From Myxococcota bacterium (lineage in GTDB: Bacteria; Myxococcota_A; SURF-8): 64,000 nt of DNA. The translations under genes and the position numbers were made by a program. The DNA lies in contig OZ223209.1 of NCBI GenBank assembly GCA_965140415.1, positions 5,120,001 through 5,184,000 of the forward strand, read 5' to 3'. Shown one piece after another: positions 20,095 to 29,661 of the stretch. Every line of letters starts with the position of its first letter. Positions within the stretch are counted from its first letter, which is position 1. Under the pieces are notes generated by a model. That model worked only from the letters and a program-made list of their open reading frames with translations. It searched no databases and was not told where the DNA came from.

Positions 20095-21954
20095 TTACGG
20101 TCGCACGCAGCGTACCTGCGAAAGCGCTTCGTCCTTTTTATCCGAATCGATGGCCCCGGCGTAAAAACCGACGAACCAGGCGTTCTCCGTCGTCGTGTTG
20201 ACTTCGGAATTCGACCAGGTATTGTCGTTGCAGCCGCCTAGCAACATCGGATCCCAGTAGCAGTGGTTCTGGCTGTCGTCGCAACCTTCGCAGGCGGAGT
20301 TCATACAGGTATCCGCCAAACAGCCATCGCGCACGTTGCAGGCCCCGGCGCTTTCCGTATTCGAACAATCACGAATCAGGCTGCGCAGTTCGGTCAGGCT
20401 CGGCAAGCGCCAGTCGCTGAAACCCGCCCAGCTTAAGGTATTGCAATAACTCTGCGCGGAACTGAAGCCGCGCGTCGCGGCGAGTGTCGGATCCTGCCAG
20501 GTCAGGTTGGTATTGGCATCCGTGCAGGCGCGTTCGCTGGGCACACCGGTACAGCTCATGCTGCTCTGCATCGCTTCCTCTTCCAGCTCCATCAGGTCAG
20601 CATCCAAATCGCCATCGGGTGCAGGAAGATCGTCGTCGCCGGGGAGTTCGCCATCGCCATCGGGAGGCAACTCCGCATCCTGATCGCCATCTGCGGCCAG
20701 ACAACGCATGCAACGCGCCAGGAATGCACTATCTTTCGACGAAGAATTGATCGCCCCGGCGTAGAAGCCAACGAACCAGGCGTTTTCATTTGTCGTACTG
20801 ACTTCGGAATCCGACCAGGTATTCTCGTTGCAGCCACCTTGCAAAGCCTCGTCCCAATAGCAGCTTCCCGTACCGGCAGTACAGCCGTCGCAGTCGCCAC
20901 TGTCGAAACAGGTATCTGCCAAACAGGCATCGTGAACGCCGCAGGCGCCGCCGCTTTCGGTTTCCGAGCAATTCACGATCAGGCTGCGCAACTGCGAAAT
21001 CGTCGGCAGGCACCAGTCGTCGTAACCGTTCCAGCTTAAATTCTCGCAGTAGCTCTGCGCCTGGGCAAAGGAACGCTCGGTTTCGGCTGGTGGGTCTTGC
21101 CACACGTAGCCGGTCGCCAGATCTTCACAAACGCGCTCGCTGATCGTCCCCTGGCAGTGCATGGTGGCGCTGGAATCCGGGTCGCTATCGCCATCGGGAA
21201 CATCACCGTCAACGCTGTCACCATCGGGGGCATCTCCGTCGCTGCTATCGCCATCAACATTGTCGCCATCGGTAATATCGCCATCCGATGCATCGCCATC
21301 CGGCACGTCGCCGTCACCCGTGTCGCCATCGGCGGGCGTATCGTCATCGCCATCGGGAGTGGAAGATTCACCAACCACACAACGCACGCGCAGTTCGCTT
21401 TCCTTGGGATTGCTGTTCAAGCCGGCAGAGTAAAAACCGATGAACCAGGCGGTGGTGGGAGCGTCCGTCACTTCCGAAGCGGACCACAGATCGATTTCGC
21501 AATCGCTGCCCAGCGCTTCGTCCCAATAGCAGCGTCCCGCCGAGCAGCCGGAGCAGTCGTTGCTCAAGCAGGAGGCGGTCAGGCAACCGTCGGTGATGCC
21601 ACACTCGCCGCCGGTGGCGGTGTGGTCGCAATCGCGCACCATCGAACGCAACTCGGAGATCGTCGGCAGCCGCCAGTCGTCGCGACCACCATAGCTGAAT
21701 TGCTCGCAGTAATCGATAGCCGCCTGCCAGTTGTACCGTTGCTCCGATATCGGCTGCGCCCAGCGCAAGTCGCTTTCAGAATCGCTGCACAGCGAGTCCC
21801 CGTTGACATCCTCGCATAGTACTTCGCCGTTGCCGGACGTGTCGCCATCGGTCGAGGAATCGCCGCTATCGTCGGAGCAGCCGAGCTGCACCAGCAGACC
21901 GGCGAGTAGTGACAGCAACACTGGTCCTATATTCAGACAACGCTTGCGCTTCAT
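20095..21954 (-). CDS. Lipoprotein with three DUF1566 (Lcl C-terminal-like) domains separated by DGD linkers
   Basis: Lipobox QLGC; three copies of WQ...YC..L/F...G..DW.LP...(E/Q)LRS and W....AWF.GFY...RC. Confidence 0.88.
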   Translation of the reverse strand: MKRKRCLNIGPVLLSLLAGLLVQLGCSDDSGDSSTDGDTSGNGEVLCEDVNGDSLCSDSESDLRWAQPISEQRYNWQAAIDYCEQFSYGGRDDWRLPTISELRSMVRDCDHTATGGECGITDGCLTASCLSNDCSGCSAGRCYWDEALGSDCEIDLWSASEVTDAPTTAWFIGFYSAGLNSNPKESELRVRCVVGESSTPDGDDDTPADGDTGDGDVPDGDASDGDITDGDNVDGDSSDGDAPDGDSVDGDVPDGDSDPDSSATMHCQGTISERVCEDLATGYVWQDPPAETERSFAQAQSYCENLSWNGYDDWCLPTISQLRSLIVNCSETESGGACGVHDACLADTCFDSGDCDGCTAGTGSCYWDEALQGGCNENTWSDSEVSTTNENAWFVGFYAGAINSSSKDSAFLARCMRCLAADGDQDAELPPDGDGELPGDDDLPAPDGDLDADLMELEEEAMQSSMSCTGVPSERACTDANTNLTWQDPTLAATRGFSSAQSYCNTLSWAGFSDWRLPSLTELRSLIRDCSNTESAGACNVRDGCLADTCMNSACEGCDDSQNHCYWDPMLLGGCNDNTWSNSEVNTTTENAWFVGFYAGAIDSDKKDEALSQVRCVRP

Positions 21955-22185
21955 GACGCCCTCCTGTCGGTTGTGAAACGTTCTGATGCCCTAGACTACC
22001 CCATGTCGCGACATGGAGCAACGAGGAAATGAAGACCCAGGCCGGAAACCGTACATCACTACCCACAGCCTTACACTTTTCAAAAGCGACAAAACGACTT
22101 GATCTTTTCTCGTTGCGGATGATACTAAATAGGGTGGTCAATGGGGGACACATCAACCGGATATCGCTCGAATGGAGTTCAGTAC

Positions 22186-23979
22186 ATGCACCCCGCGTTA
22201 AAACAACAGTACACACTTATTGGGCTGCTTTTTGCTCTGCTGCTTGTTCTGCCCTCTGGTTGCGGAGACCAGAACGATTCTCAAGACAATCTGACGGATA
22301 CCGATCTCGCGGTTACAGACGGCGATTCAGAAACAGACGGCGACAACGTCGTTGCAGATGGCGATGCGGATGCGGATCGCGACAAAGACAGCGACACCGA
22401 GCAGGAAACGTCTTCGGAAGTTCGCTTTACGATTCTGCACACGAACGACGTGCACGCCCATATCGAAGAATTCGACTCCTACGGCGGCTCCTGCGACGAG
22501 GCGGAATCGCAGGCGGGGGAATGCTTTGGCGGAGTGGCGCGACACGCCACCTACATCGCAAACGTGCGCGCTCAGGCAGACGATGTGCTGCTACTGGATG
22601 CGGGTGACCGTTTTCAGGGTTCGCTGTACTACAGCCTGTATAAAGGCGAGGAAACCTACACCTTCATGAACATGCAGGCTTTCGATGCGATGGTGCTTGG
22701 CAATCACGAATTCGATAATGGCCTGGACGTGCTGGCGAGTTTCCTTGGGCATGTAAGCTTTCCCGTGATCAGCGCCAATGTCGCGTTTACGCAAAACCCG
22801 GCGATGGACGAACAGGTGCTTCCCTACGTGCTGAAAAACATTCAGGGAAGGCAGGTTGCCATTATCGGATTGACTTCCGAATCCACCCCGACCTTATCCA
22901 GTCCGGGAGACACGGTGCGCTTCGACGACCTCGTCACGTCGGCTCAGTCTGTCATCGATAGCCTGCAAACGCAGGGCGTACATATTGTCGTGTTGCTCAC
23001 CCACATCGGCTTGAATCACGACGAGCAACTCGCCACAGCGCTCTCCGACGTCGATGTCATTATCGGGGGACATTCGCACAGCCTGCTTTCCAATTCGGAT
23101 TCCGCCGATGGCGTAAGCGGTCCTTATCCGCTGATCACGCACGATGTGCAGGGCGATCCGGTGTTGATCGCCACGGTCGGGCAATACGGAGAATACGTCG
23201 GTCGCTTGAATCTGCTTTTCGACACACAGGGAAAGGTGCAGGTTGATTCCTCCAATGGCGAAGCGGTGCATATGGATGCGACGATCGCCCAGGAGCCCCG
23301 AACGTTAGCGCGTGTTACGGAAATGTCGACGGCCTTGGATTCGTATACGTCAACGGTGATCGGGCAGAATTCTGTCGAATTAAATGGCGATGCGGGCGTC
23401 TGCCGCTTTTACGAATGCACCATGGGCGATCTGGTATCCGACGCCATGCAGTGGCAAACCTCCGACGACGAGGTGGAAATCGCCGTCTTCAATGCGGGAG
23501 GCATTCGCGCCAGTATCGATCCGGGAGACATCGATTTGGCCGAAGTGTATAACGCCCTGCCCTTCGGCAATTCCATTTCCACCTTTCAACTAAGCGGGCA
23601 ATCACTGTTGAAGATGCTGGAGCATTCCGTCAGTGTGGCGGAAGATCCAGAAAACGACGGCACCGGGCGCTTTCTGCAAGTCTCCGGCCTGCGTTTGATC
23701 TGGAATCCCGCAAAGCCAGTGGGCGAGCGGCTGGAAACCGTGGAGATCGGTTCGCATGATACTGGTTTTACGCCGCTGAATGCGTCCACCCTGTATCGCA
23801 TCGCCACCAACAATTACATCCGCCAGGGCGGCGACGGCTACAATATGCTTGCCGAAGAGGCCGTCGCACCTTACGATTACGGCATGCTTATCACGGAAGC
23901 CGTTACAGCCTATGTAAGCGCCTACTCGCCCGTCACGGTACTGCTTGAAAACCGCATCCTACGAAGCGGGGAAGAGTGA
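22186..23979 (+). CDS. 5'-nucleotidase/UDP-sugar hydrolase family lipoprotein with DGD linker
   Basis: ILHTNDVH, LLDAGD, LGNHEFD, IIGGHSH, NAGGIR, PFGN, GGDGY; lipobox PSGC. Confidence 0.92.
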   Translation: MHPALKQQYTLIGLLFALLLVLPSGCGDQNDSQDNLTDTDLAVTDGDSETDGDNVVADGDADADRDKDSDTEQETSSEVRFTILHTNDVHAHIEEFDSYGGSCDEAESQAGECFGGVARHATYIANVRAQADDVLLLDAGDRFQGSLYYSLYKGEETYTFMNMQAFDAMVLGNHEFDNGLDVLASFLGHVSFPVISANVAFTQNPAMDEQVLPYVLKNIQGRQVAIIGLTSESTPTLSSPGDTVRFDDLVTSAQSVIDSLQTQGVHIVVLLTHIGLNHDEQLATALSDVDVIIGGHSHSLLSNSDSADGVSGPYPLITHDVQGDPVLIATVGQYGEYVGRLNLLFDTQGKVQVDSSNGEAVHMDATIAQEPRTLARVTEMSTALDSYTSTVIGQNSVELNGDAGVCRFYECTMGDLVSDAMQWQTSDDEVEIAVFNAGGIRASIDPGDIDLAEVYNALPFGNSISTFQLSGQSLLKMLEHSVSVAEDPENDGTGRFLQVSGLRLIWNPAKPVGERLETVEIGSHDTGFTPLNASTLYRIATNNYIRQGGDGYNMLAEEAVAPYDYGMLITEAVTAYVSAYSPVTVLLENRILRSGEE

Positions 23980-24086
23980 ATCAATTTTGATCGGGAATGA
24001 ATTCCCTTCGGTCAGACTGCTTTGAACTTGCAAAAAACGCCATAGATCGAAAAATTTGCCGACCGAATTCTATGGGTTATTAAATA

Positions 24087-25256
24087 CTAGCCTTCTCCGA
24101 TTTCTGAATCGGAATCATTCAAGTTGTCTGTTTCAATCTCTTTTGGCTCAAGCCAATCACTATCTGGTCGACATACAAGACGAGCATTACTATATGCCCA
24201 GTCAAGAGTCAAAACAGTATGCCCTAAATAGTTGCCAGAACACGTTTTTTCAACCGCTAAGGCTAGATCAACATGATTGTCATCCACTAAACATAACGGG
24301 AGTAACAACTGAAGCTTCTTTACTCGTGGATAGTATTGTGGCACTGCCGTTTTAAAGTTCCATGACACACGTTTAATTGACAATTCAACGGCGTCCTTAA
24401 CTCGGTTCATTATTCGCCGATATACTCGAGGATCATCCTCAACAGCTTTTCCTAACTCTTTTGAATATTTCTCTTTCTCATCACTATTTAAGTTTCGAGG
24501 GTCTTTCAAAGAAAAATCTCTAGGACTATTATCTTCAAGAAATTCCATTGGATATCTATCTAGCCGATCGATAATTATGTGTTTGAAATCGAGCTCGGGA
24601 TCTCCTTGGCGAACGTCGTATATAAGGTCCGTTGGTTCGTCAAAGTAGTGAGCAGATTCAGGCAATGGATTAAAGTAGCGAACCAAATCCTGCCCAGCAG
24701 CTTTTTCACCAGCAATACAAAACTCAATAATTTTCCATTGAGGTTGATCGTAAGTGTTTCTATTGAAAATAGCGTAGATTGTTTCATACCTAGAATCAAC
24801 AAGTCCGGTATTGAATGCGGCAAATTGACCGTCATCACTGTATTTAATTTTATCTTCCAACATTAACCTAGTGAAGGTTTGAAGAAGGTAACTGTATAGG
24901 ATCGGGAATGGTTTTTCAGGATCAATGCCTTGATTCTTGAACTCCCAGCGTTCATCTATCGCAATATCTTCAAGTTGTCGAATTGTATCAGGAATTTGCC
25001 CGAGATACGCCCATCCTAAAAGCTTGGAGACCTTTTTAGCTGAATTCTTAGAATTAGTGAGGTTGATCCTCGTAATCTGTTTCGCACAAGGTCCTCTTTG
25101 ATTTTCCCCAATCTCAAAATCTATAAGATCTCCTTCTTGTATCAATGAATCTTGACGATCCGTTACATCTGAAATGTGAAAAAACAAATTGCTTTCCAGC
25201 TGTTCAGAAGAAATAAAACCATATCCATCACCAAATTTTAAAATCTTACCTTGCAT
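24087..25256 (-). CDS. Cold-shock domain + DUF3825-like protein (AT-rich)
   Basis: GYGFI and LFFHISD RNP motifs; AAFNTGL, WNFKTAVPQYY, LQLLLPLCL, TVLTLDWAYSNARL. Confidence 0.82.
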   Translation of the reverse strand: MQGKILKFGDGYGFISSEQLESNLFFHISDVTDRQDSLIQEGDLIDFEIGENQRGPCAKQITRINLTNSKNSAKKVSKLLGWAYLGQIPDTIRQLEDIAIDERWEFKNQGIDPEKPFPILYSYLLQTFTRLMLEDKIKYSDDGQFAAFNTGLVDSRYETIYAIFNRNTYDQPQWKIIEFCIAGEKAAGQDLVRYFNPLPESAHYFDEPTDLIYDVRQGDPELDFKHIIIDRLDRYPMEFLEDNSPRDFSLKDPRNLNSDEKEKYSKELGKAVEDDPRVYRRIMNRVKDAVELSIKRVSWNFKTAVPQYYPRVKKLQLLLPLCLVDDNHVDLALAVEKTCSGNYLGHTVLTLDWAYSNARLVCRPDSDWLEPKEIETDNLNDSDSEIGEG

Positions 25257-25316
25257 ATTATATCCTTATTTGTATTTATTGTAGCTCAACTCCACAATAC
25301 TCCTTCGGAGTAACAA

Positions 25317-25571
25317 TTACGCTTTCGAGTATAACCAGTGATTATCAGATTTCTTTCTTGATTGCAACTTGTATTTCTTTAAAGCTATAAGATGAAATTC
25401 CTTACCCATTGTCAGTTTTTCCTTTTTCGTCAGTAGTTTCCATTCCTCTCTCCCAAAAATTTCAGCTAAAAGTTTCTCTTCTCCTTGCTTCATGTCTTGA
25501 ACCCCATTAGATATTCTCTCTAATTGCATATTTGTCATTTTAAAATCTCCATATTGTCTTCTCAATCTCAT
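25317..25571 (-). CDS. Small basic protein, DUF1413-like (AT-rich)
   Basis: LAEIFGREEW...MGKEF...KKSDNHWLYSK pattern. True start may be an internal Met. Confidence 0.55.
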   Translation of the reverse strand: MRLRRQYGDFKMTNMQLERISNGVQDMKQGEEKLLAEIFGREEWKLLTKKEKLTMGKEFHLIALKKYKLQSRKKSDNHWLYSKA

Positions 25572-25987
25572 TGCTCAAATTCTATCGTTCGAGTCTCGCC
25601 ACTTTGGTATTTTATCTTGATCAACATAATTAGGCAAGACCAATTCAGACGACAGGACGGAAATCCGGCTCAATCGAGAGGTGCCTTGTTCGTATAATTT
25701 CTTGCTCGCTCCAGGCCACAAAATCGACTTTTTCGGGGAGACGTTTACACTTGCTGCCGGACGGCTTTTCGCCGCGATTCGGCAGATTCGGCCGCAAACG
25801 CCCGTAAACGAGCACGATCTGACCGCATTAGACACGTAAACCCACACTACAAATGACAGAAAAATCGAAATTCGAGCCACTTTGAGCCTTCATGGGCCCC
25901 TATGCATACCTAATTGAGGCATACCTTATAGATGGTACTGCTCGTTTACGGTCATCTAGTGTCGTTTTAGTGTACGTCTGCGGTCCG

Positions 25988-26530
25988 TTACTGTCCGACC
26001 TTTTCCTCGGATAGAAGATCCAACCCGTCTTTTTCCGCCAATTTGCGTATCGCCGTCTCATCGAAACGAAACAGCGTCCATTCCGATAACGGCTCGGCTC
26101 CCAGTTTGCGATACAGGCGAGTGGCATTCTCGTTCCAATTCAAAGCCGCCAGATCCAGGCGTGGGCACTCGCGTTGATAGGCAATTCGGGCGAGTTCAGT
26201 TAAGATCGCGCGCCCATAACCTCGCCCGCGCTGTTCGGGATTCAGATAAATATCTTCCAAATACAATCCCGGCTTTCCGGTAAAGGTACTGAAATTCATG
26301 AAGTAAACGGCAAAGCCGGCCGGTTTTCCATCGATCTCGGCCAATAACGCCTCGGCACTGGGATGCTCGGAAAAAAGAGCTTGTTGCAGGCTGTTTTCGG
26401 TGGCCTGCACCTGATCGGCCAGGTCTTCGAAGGCGGCAATCTCACGAATAAACTGAATAATCCTGGGCACATCGGATTCAACAGCCTTGCGCAGATGCAA
26501 TGCAGAAGAGTTAGAATGAGGGGATTTCAT
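25988..26530 (-). CDS. GNAT N-acetyltransferase (diamine acetyltransferase-like)
   Basis: NFSTFTGKPGLYLEDIY, RGRGYG, LNWNENA..LY.KLGA. Confidence 0.9.
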   Translation of the reverse strand: MKSPHSNSSALHLRKAVESDVPRIIQFIREIAAFEDLADQVQATENSLQQALFSEHPSAEALLAEIDGKPAGFAVYFMNFSTFTGKPGLYLEDIYLNPEQRGRGYGRAILTELARIAYQRECPRLDLAALNWNENATRLYRKLGAEPLSEWTLFRFDETAIRKLAEKDGLDLLSEEKVGQ

Positions 26531-26602
26531 AAAGTTTCCTTGGCGGCACATGGTTAATGGAATTCACGCATTTTGCTTTCTGGCTAGTATAGGCACTATT
26601 AC

Positions 26603-26737
26603 TCATTTCTGTCCATCGAGTAATCGAAATGTGCCATGGTCTCACGGAATGAAAATCCTGGGAGAACGTGTATAACCTATTGATTTCACACAGCCTTCCA
26701 CGATCTTCGATCGCGTAAGTCGATGGCACACATTCTT
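26603..26737 (+). repeat. ~130-bp dispersed intergenic repeat, copy 3 of 3
   Basis: Aligns with the other two copies; contains TAACCTATTGATT (26673-26685), an IHF-consensus match. Confidence 0.9.
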
Positions 26738-26826
26738 GGAATCGGCGGCTAAATATAACGAATACTCCACGAAGAAAGAAGCAAGGGGGAGCCAGTGCAA
26801 AAACCAAAAACGGTAGAAAAAAAGGC

Positions 26827-26854
26827 TTGACATATAGTTTAGCTACTATACAAT
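26827..26854 (+). promoter_or_regulatory. Sigma70 promoter overlapped by a putative MarR operator
   Basis: TTGACA-16 bp-TACAAT; the imperfect palindrome GTTTAG-cta-CTATAC lies at 26837-26851. Confidence 0.7.
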
Positions 26855-26860
26855 AACACC

Positions 26861-27358
26861 ATGACTGACGAACAGAAAAAATTCGATTACCTTTTGGACC
26901 TCATTTCAACGACGATGAATCGTATGGATTCGCTGGAATCCTTTCCTTACGATTTCGGAACGGGCGTCAAGATGTACCGCACCGAAATCCATACGCTGTC
27001 TGCCATCGCTCGCGATCCGGGAATCAATCTCACCCGTTTGGCAGAGGTAATGGGTGTCACCAAAGGCGCGGCCAGCCAGACGGTCAGCAAGCTGGTGAAA
27101 AAGGGAATGTTGGAAAAGGCGCACTCCAGCAGTAACGACAAAGAAATCCGGCTGCTTTTAACGGAACTCGGTAAAAAAGCGGATCGGGGTCATACGTACA
27201 TGCATCGTTATATGAGCACCGTGGTGCGTGAAGTCTTTGCCGAGAAGTTCGAAGAGAAGACGGCGAATCTTTTACAGGTCATGCAGGATATGAATCGAGT
27301 GTTCGACCATTTCGAGCGAAGTATGCCCGAAGTGATGAAGAAGATCGAGGAGCTTTGA
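26861..27358 (+). CDS. MarR-family transcriptional regulator
   Basis: NLTRLAEVMGVTKGAASQTVSKLVKKG wHTH; LTELG. Confidence 0.92.
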   Translation: MTDEQKKFDYLLDLISTTMNRMDSLESFPYDFGTGVKMYRTEIHTLSAIARDPGINLTRLAEVMGVTKGAASQTVSKLVKKGMLEKAHSSSNDKEIRLLLTELGKKADRGHTYMHRYMSTVVREVFAEKFEEKTANLLQVMQDMNRVFDHFERSMPEVMKKIEEL

Positions 27359-27374
27359 TTTTTTTTACACAAAC

Positions 27375-27391
27375 GGTTTAGCACCTAAACC
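27375..27391. promoter_or_regulatory. Putative MarR operator
   Basis: Perfect GGTTTAG-cac-CTAAACC palindrome matching the site in the marR promoter. Confidence 0.7.
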
Positions 27392-27409
27392 ACCCGCAAG
27401 GAGGATTCC

Positions 27410-27997
27410 ATGTCTGAAGTCATCGCCAAAACCCAATTCGACGAAAACGAAAATCATGTCTGCCCGCCGGGAATGATTCGCAGGTTCGATAATTTCCTGC
27501 GCCCGCTGGTTCATCCTCCACACAAGGTCTTCGGCCCGCACGTCAAAAATGGCATGTGCGTTTTGGATGTTGGCTGCGGCGGCGGTTTTTCAACGGTGAA
27601 TATGGCGCAACTGGTCGGCGAAAACGGCGAAATCGTGGCAGTGGATCTGCAACAGGAAATGTTGGATATGACGGCGGCTAGAGCTGAAAAGCTGGGCCTG
27701 AGCGAGCGCATCCATTTTCATCGTTGCCAACAAGATCGGCTCGGTGTTATCGGCTTGTTCGATTTCGCCCTGGCCTTCTGGATGCTTCATGAAACGCCGG
27801 ACCCGCAAGCTTTTTTAAAAGAAGTTTACAGCCTTTTGAAGCCGGGAGGACGGATACTGATCGTGGAACCGAAGTTTCATGTAAGTCGTGCCTTGTTGAA
27901 TCAGGAAGTCGATAGAGCGGCTGGATTCGGCTTCAGGTTGGTCGAGCGCCCCAAAATTCGCCTGTCTCATACGGCACTGCTGGAGAAAACGGCCTAG
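27410..27997 (+). CDS. Class I SAM-dependent methyltransferase
   Basis: VLDVGCGGG, AVDLQ, LKPGG; AAGGAGG RBS. Confidence 0.92.
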   Translation: MSEVIAKTQFDENENHVCPPGMIRRFDNFLRPLVHPPHKVFGPHVKNGMCVLDVGCGGGFSTVNMAQLVGENGEIVAVDLQQEMLDMTAARAEKLGLSERIHFHRCQQDRLGVIGLFDFALAFWMLHETPDPQAFLKEVYSLLKPGGRILIVEPKFHVSRALLNQEVDRAAGFGFRLVERPKIRLSHTALLEKTA

Positions 27998-28049
27998 CAA
28001 ATGGGCAAAGGAATAGATTCTCTGTATTTAGCAAGCAATCTTGAAACTT

Positions 28050-28117
28050 GTCATGCCCGACTTGATGCGGGATCTCTTTACGATCGTATCGAGATCCTGC
28101 TTCAAGTGCGGGATGAC
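28050..28117. repeat. CGTC/TGTC-type REP-like long hairpin
   Basis: gtcatgcccgacttgatgcgggatctc pairs imperfectly with gagatcctgcttcaagtgcgggatgac. Confidence 0.65.
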
Positions 28118-28288
28118 GGATAAAACCATCACCAAAATCACATAAGAACCAAGTAGCGCCTGCACTTAATCCCGCCCATCTTAACCTGATTTTACTATTT
28201 TCTTAACAAACCGGCGCAGCTTGACTATGATGGGCTCCGGCATGGGCCAACGTTAATAACTGCTCGATAGCTGTACAAAGGTGATGTG

Positions 28289-29275
28289 ATGAAATCGACT
28301 TACTGTCTTAAAATGATTGTCGTTTTGCTCTTACTGATTCTCGCTGCCTGGGGCTGCTCGGATGATTCGAATGATCCCATTGTAGACGGCGATGGCGAAA
28401 ACGGCGACGGGGATGTGGATGGTGATTTCGACTTGGAAGCAGATGCGCTGCCTTCCGAAACGACATTGAACATCATGACCTACAACGTGCTTTGCTCCTT
28501 CTGCAACGCCACTTACGAGCCCTGGGAAGATCGTTTGCCGCATTTTACGGATATCTTCACCCGGCATGAAGTCGATATCGTCGGCACACAGGAATTATTC
28601 ACCGCAGATGAAGTGAATGAAATTCTGGCGCTCAATCCCAATTTCGAGGCGCTGTATTACATCGACGATCCCGACGATGGCCTGGGCTATCTGGAAGCCT
28701 ACCCGGACGAGGCGATTCTATACCGCACGGATCGCTTCGAAGTAATCGAACACGGCAACTACTGGCTTAGCGAAACCCCGGACGTTCCCTGGGCCGGTGG
28801 CTGGGCGCAAAACAATTTCTGGCGCCTGGTCGGCTGGGCGCATTTCCGGCAGATTTCCGATGGCCGCGAGTTCGTCTTTGTCAACACACACTTCGACAAC
28901 AACGTGCCCAACCAGGAAAACAGCGCGCCCTTATTCATCAGTCGCATCGAGCCCTGGGCGGAAACACTGCCGGTCATCGCCGTCGGCGATTTCAATTCCA
29001 AGCCGGACAGCCCCGCCTATGCCATTTTAACCGAAGGCATCGATGGCGAAGGCTTTGCGCTGGTCAACTCCTTCGATATCGCCGAGAACTGGCGCGTACA
29101 ACACAACCAGGCGCAGGAACCCGACTACGACCCGATTCATCGCATCGACCACATTTTCCTGGCCGGTCCGGTGGAATGGACCGTGTCCGACTGGGTGGTC
29201 GATCTAACGGTTTACGGGCCGCAGGATCAATATCCTTCCGACCATTATCCCATCGCCACAACACTGACCTTCTGA
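28289..29275 (+). CDS. Endonuclease/exonuclease/phosphatase-family lipoprotein with DGD linker
   Basis: IMTYNV, GTQE, NTHFD, GDFN, RIDHIF, SDHYP; lipobox AWGC. Confidence 0.92.
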   Translation: MKSTYCLKMIVVLLLLILAAWGCSDDSNDPIVDGDGENGDGDVDGDFDLEADALPSETTLNIMTYNVLCSFCNATYEPWEDRLPHFTDIFTRHEVDIVGTQELFTADEVNEILALNPNFEALYYIDDPDDGLGYLEAYPDEAILYRTDRFEVIEHGNYWLSETPDVPWAGGWAQNNFWRLVGWAHFRQISDGREFVFVNTHFDNNVPNQENSAPLFISRIEPWAETLPVIAVGDFNSKPDSPAYAILTEGIDGEGFALVNSFDIAENWRVQHNQAQEPDYDPIHRIDHIFLAGPVEWTVSDWVVDLTVYGPQDQYPSDHYPIATTLTF

Positions 29276-29294
29276 TTTTCTGTTGAACGCAAAC

Positions 29295-29326
29295 AAAAGG
29301 CGCGAGGCCAAAAGCCCCGCGCCTTT
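29295..29326. terminator. Bidirectional terminator
   Basis: aaaggcgcgaggc...gccccgcgccttt; near-identical stem at 30029-30055. Confidence 0.8.
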
Positions 29327-29388
29327 ATCTTTTCCGCAAACCGTTTCGATGCGCCTAAAATAAAGCGCAATCGAAAAAGAGACTCGAC

Positions 29389-29661
29389 CTACAGGTCGCC
29401 GTCAGTGGCCATATCGCCATCAACCGTGATGTCGCCGTCTACGGTGATGTCGCCATCAACCGTGATGTCGCCGTCCACGGTCACATCGCCGTCCACGGTC
29501 ACGTCGCCATCTACTGTCACATCGCCGTCGGTGGTGCCGTCGCCGTCCACGGTGACGTCGCCATCGGTGGTGGTGTCATCATCGTCATCGCAGCCAACCA
29601 TAACCAACTGCAAACTGAACACGATTACCAGAACTAAGAAAAACAGGTGCTTGGCTTTCAT
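29389..29661 (-). CDS. Lipoprotein consisting only of DGD hexapeptide repeats (90 aa)
   Basis: GGAGGAG RBS; MKAKHLFFLVL...MVGC followed by DDDDD and (DGDVTV/DGDITV)n. Confidence 0.85.
   Translation of the reverse strand: MKAKHLFFLVLVIVFSLQLVMVGCDDDDDTTTDGDVTVDGDGTTDGDVTVDGDVTVDGDVTVDGDITVDGDITVDGDITVDGDMATDGDL

Noticed and set aside
20095-21954. DGR template/variable repeat pair among the DUF1566 domain ends
   Set aside because: Differences include many non-adenine and synonymous changes, all copies are in-frame coding, and no reverse transcriptase is in the window.
25575-25880. 101-aa minus-strand ORF
   Set aside because: No RBS or recognisable motif; spans the composition boundary and the inverted-motif region.
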